DNA of 64,000 nt from Candidatus Latescibacterota bacterium (GTDB taxonomy: Bacteria > Latescibacterota > UBA2968), in contig OZ242320.1 of the NCBI GenBank assembly GCA_965208125.1, forward strand, positions 4,128,001 through 4,192,000, read 5' to 3'. The notes under the pieces were generated by a model that worked only from the letters and a program-made list of their open reading frames with translations, ran no database searches and was not told the origin of the DNA. Position numbers and translations under genes: made by a program. This document shows, piece after piece, positions 61,160 to 64,000 of this stretch. Each line of letters starts with the position of its first letter. Position 1 is the first letter of the stretch.

Positions 61160-62623
61160 ATGACACAGGACTTCACAGAACAAAACAGATCTTTAACGCT
61201 CGGCAAAGGTGTCAATACCGATTTTACCACAACCGAAGTAAACAAAGTCTCCTATGATAAAGGCTTTTATATTGCGTTCAAAGCAGCCGGATTTGATTCC
61301 GTCCGTTTCTTTATTAAACAGGGCTGGAATCCGGCGTTCTATAAACCGGCAGTTGACGATGCGTTGGAACTCGGCTTAAAAGTCGTCCTTGTTCCTTTTT
61401 CGATGTATTGTTGGGGAAAAGAAAGCCTTGTACAGTGGTGGGGTGAAGTTGCGGAATATTATAGAGACTATCCTGCTGAGTTGATTTTTGAAGCGTTTAA
61501 CGAACCCAAAATGGCAGGACACCCCGACGGGAAAGAAGCTGAAACCATGGCATGGTATTCAGCGTGTATCCAGGAAATTCGCAGATCAAATCCAACGAGA
61601 TTGATAGCCGTTGGTGGGCCGCATTTTAATGGTGTGCAGCTACTCACGAAATATGTAACACCGGAGTATCTTTCATATACGCTCCAGGACGGAACCGGTT
61701 TTGCCGATGACCCCAATATTTGGGGTGTTTTTCATTGTTATCACCCCAAACCTTTTACCCACGGTGCAATAGACCAGGATATCAACAAAGATCATCCAGG
61801 CTGGCGAGAAACCATCCTTGCAGATTTGGAAGAAGCAGACGCGTGGTCAAAAAAACATAACAAAAAGGTCTATCTCAGTGAATGGGGCGCACGTCTTAAT
61901 CATGAAATAAAGCATGTTGAAGAATACACGGGCTTTATGGTACCTGAGCTTGCCAAAAGAAATATTGAATGGTCGTATTACTGTGGTGTATTCAATAATG
62001 CCTGGCCCTACGGACTGTATAATTCAGAATGGGGATTTGCAGGTGTCGAAGGTGTGGTAAAAAACCTGACCGGAAAAGAACCGCCGGCAGAAGTCCCGCC
62101 TACCAATCAGATCGTCAATACGGACTTTCAGCTCGATTTGGCAGACTGGAATTCATCCGAATATGCCATTATGGGGACTGCTGACGAACAAGGTGTAGAT
62201 GGAACACGGGCCATCAGAGTGCATGTGCCTTTTACCTTTGACCCCGACGTGGGGCGCGGGGTGATACCATCGCTCTATCAGCAATACGAGCCGGACTGGA
62301 AGTTTCGCGTAAGGGGAAAGGTGCAGGCAAATAAGTACACCATACAGCTCCGGGAAGGCAGCATATATCGGATCTCGTTTTACGCGAGATGCGAAGTCGG
62401 TACCGCGCGGTTGCACATTCAGCTTGGTCACGCCCCCGAAAATGACCCCGTCATCTGGACCTCTGAAGAAATAACTGTAGATAGCAAACTGAAAAAATAC
62501 GAACTCGAGTACGAACATGCCGTCCAATCGATCAGAAACGTCCGCTTCTCTTTTATCTTCATCGACCGTCATTCAGAGATCGTTCTCGACCAGATTGAAC
62601 TGCGCGGCCGAAGACCTGAATAA
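61160..62623 (+). CDS. GH5-like glycoside hydrolase with a C-terminal CBM4/9-like module
   Basis: AGFDSVR, FNEP (acid/base), FHCY.P..FTH and LSEWG (nucleophile); tail N.DF...W...Y.ISFYAR. Confidence 0.85.
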   Translation: MTQDFTEQNRSLTLGKGVNTDFTTTEVNKVSYDKGFYIAFKAAGFDSVRFFIKQGWNPAFYKPAVDDALELGLKVVLVPFSMYCWGKESLVQWWGEVAEYYRDYPAELIFEAFNEPKMAGHPDGKEAETMAWYSACIQEIRRSNPTRLIAVGGPHFNGVQLLTKYVTPEYLSYTLQDGTGFADDPNIWGVFHCYHPKPFTHGAIDQDINKDHPGWRETILADLEEADAWSKKHNKKVYLSEWGARLNHEIKHVEEYTGFMVPELAKRNIEWSYYCGVFNNAWPYGLYNSEWGFAGVEGVVKNLTGKEPPAEVPPTNQIVNTDFQLDLADWNSSEYAIMGTADEQGVDGTRAIRVHVPFTFDPDVGRGVIPSLYQQYEPDWKFRVRGKVQANKYTIQLREGSIYRISFYARCEVGTARLHIQLGHAPENDPVIWTSEEITVDSKLKKYELEYEHAVQSIRNVRFSFIFIDRHSEIVLDQIELRGRRPE

Positions 62624-62641
62624 GCAGAGGAGGCGGTCTTT

Positions 62642-64000
62642 ATGTCAGCTTTAGAAAAAACCAATATCGTTTTTATTCTCGCCGATGACATGGCTGTTTG
62701 GGCGGCGGGTTGTTATGGCAATGCAGAAATTCGAACGCCAAACCTCGACCGCATGGCGGCAACAGGCGTGCGGTTTGAGAATTTCTTTGTGACGATTCCG
62801 GTGTGTTCGGCCAGCAGGGCTTCTTTTTTGACCGGGCGGATTCCGTCTCAGCACGGCGTTCACGATTTTATTGCGGGTCAAGTCAATTTTGGGCCTACAG
62901 GACAGAGTTTTCTCGATGGTGAAGTTTGTTACACAAATGTTTTGGCTAACAATGGGTGGGCATGTGGTCTGTCGGGCAAATGGCATTTGGGCAATTCGTC
63001 TCTTCCGCAATGTGGATTTTCTCACTGGTTTGCGCATCCGGGTGGGGCGGGCGTTTATAATGATCAGGAAATGATACGCGATGGTGTGACAGAGGTTGTG
63101 CCCGGTTATGTGACGCATGTGATTACGGATGATGCGCTTGAATATATCGATGCTCACGCAGAAGATGAAAATCCATTTTATCTGAGTGTTCATTATACTG
63201 CGCCACACGCGCCGTGGATCGGTCATCCTCAGGATATTGTGGATTCTTATGATGACTGTGCGTTTGAGACGTGCCCACAGGAACCACTCCATCCCTGGGC
63301 AAAGGTGCCTGAGGATGATGCAGATCTGCCAGCCCGATCAATGAGAGGGCTGAGCAATAACATGGGGCAGCGCGAAAGTTTGAAAGGATATTTTGCGGCG
63401 GTGACTGCGATGGATCTGGATGTGGGGCGGATTTTGGACAAGCTGGAAGAAAAGGGTTTGCGCGAAAATACGCTTGTGATGTTTACTTCTGACAATGGGT
63501 ATTCGTGCGGGCAACATGGATTTTGGGGTAAAGGCAATGGAACTGATCCGGTGAATATGTATGAGAATTCGATTGTGGTGCCTTTTCTGGCTACGCACCC
63601 AGGTGTGATTCCAGAAGGCACGGTGCAATCGGCGCTGGCTTCGGCTTATGATATTTTGCCTACGCTTTTGGACTATGTTGATCTTCCGATTCCCGATACG
63701 AATTTGCCAGGACAATCGCTGGTCCCAGTGTTGAAAAATGAGTGTGCAAAAGGTCGTGACAGTGTTGTCATTTACGATGAGTATGGTTATTGCAGGATGA
63801 TTCGGACCGCCGAGTGGAAATACATCCATCGTTATCCAGATGGACCAAATGAGCTTTACGATGTTGTGAATGACCCCGATGATCGCAACAATTTAATTGA
63901 TGACCCGGCACAGGCTGATCGCGTGAAAGATCTCAAAGGAGAGATGGAAACGTGGTTTAAGAAATACGCGATTCCAGATGTCGATGGTCGCATATACAAT
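62642..64000 (+). CDS. Sulfatase (Cys type; runs off the window; not in the ORF track)
   Basis: Manual translation MSALEKTNIVFILADD...TPNLDR...CSASRASFLTG...GKWHLG...SDNG; GAGGAGG RBS. Confidence 0.9.
   Translation, partial: MSALEKTNIVFILADDMAVWAAGCYGNAEIRTPNLDRMAATGVRFENFFVTIPVCSASRASFLTGRIPSQHGVHDFIAGQVNFGPTGQSFLDGEVCYTNVLANNGWACGLSGKWHLGNSSLPQCGFSHWFAHPGGAGVYNDQEMIRDGVTEVVPGYVTHVITDDALEYIDAHAEDENPFYLSVHYTAPHAPWIGHPQDIVDSYDDCAFETCPQEPLHPWAKVPEDDADLPARSMRGLSNNMGQRESLKGYFAAVTAMDLDVGRILDKLEEKGLRENTLVMFTSDNGYSCGQHGFWGKGNGTDPVNMYENSIVVPFLATHPGVIPEGTVQSALASAYDILPTLLDYVDLPIPDTNLPGQSLVPVLKNECAKGRDSVVIYDEYGYCRMIRTAEWKYIHRYPDGPNELYDVVNDPDDRNNLIDDPAQADRVKDLKGEMETWFKKYAIPDVDGRIYN

Overview
A bacterial accessory/catabolic region with no housekeeping genes. 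The left part (1 to ~29.4 kb) is an almost entirely minus-strand run of short, functionally unrelated genes: GNAT acetyltransferases, SAM methyltransferases, MFS pumps, and single NUDIX, VOC, HAD, S66 peptidase, DUF2188, 2H and nucleotidyltransferase genes. They are separated by eroded attC-like half-sites and by heads and tails of deleted genes, which looks like a decayed integron cassette array with no integrase in view. The right part (29.5-64 kb) holds five Cys-type sulfatases, glycosidases (GH29, GH5), PhyH-family dioxygenases (six in the whole window), a DegT aminotransferase, an aromatic amino-acid decarboxylase and katG. This content resembles Poribacteria/Latescibacterota-like polysaccharide degraders (inference only). 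Three signals missing from the ORF track stand out. (1) A 105-nt tRNA-Sec-like 8/4 cloverleaf (allo-tRNA-like) at 17575-17679 has an 8-nt anticodon loop (CUUCCAAA) and tandem G.A pairs in the anticodon stem. (2) A 432-bp ORF-less IS200/IS605 derivative at 4850-5281 has rule-conforming ends and is filled with a long structured omegaRNA-like sequence; it is inserted immediately before a gene's stop codon. (3) Nested 27-51 bp direct repeats made of gene ends bracket individual genes or gene blocks and suggest gene shuffling through short homologies. All calls are by eye; no database search was run.
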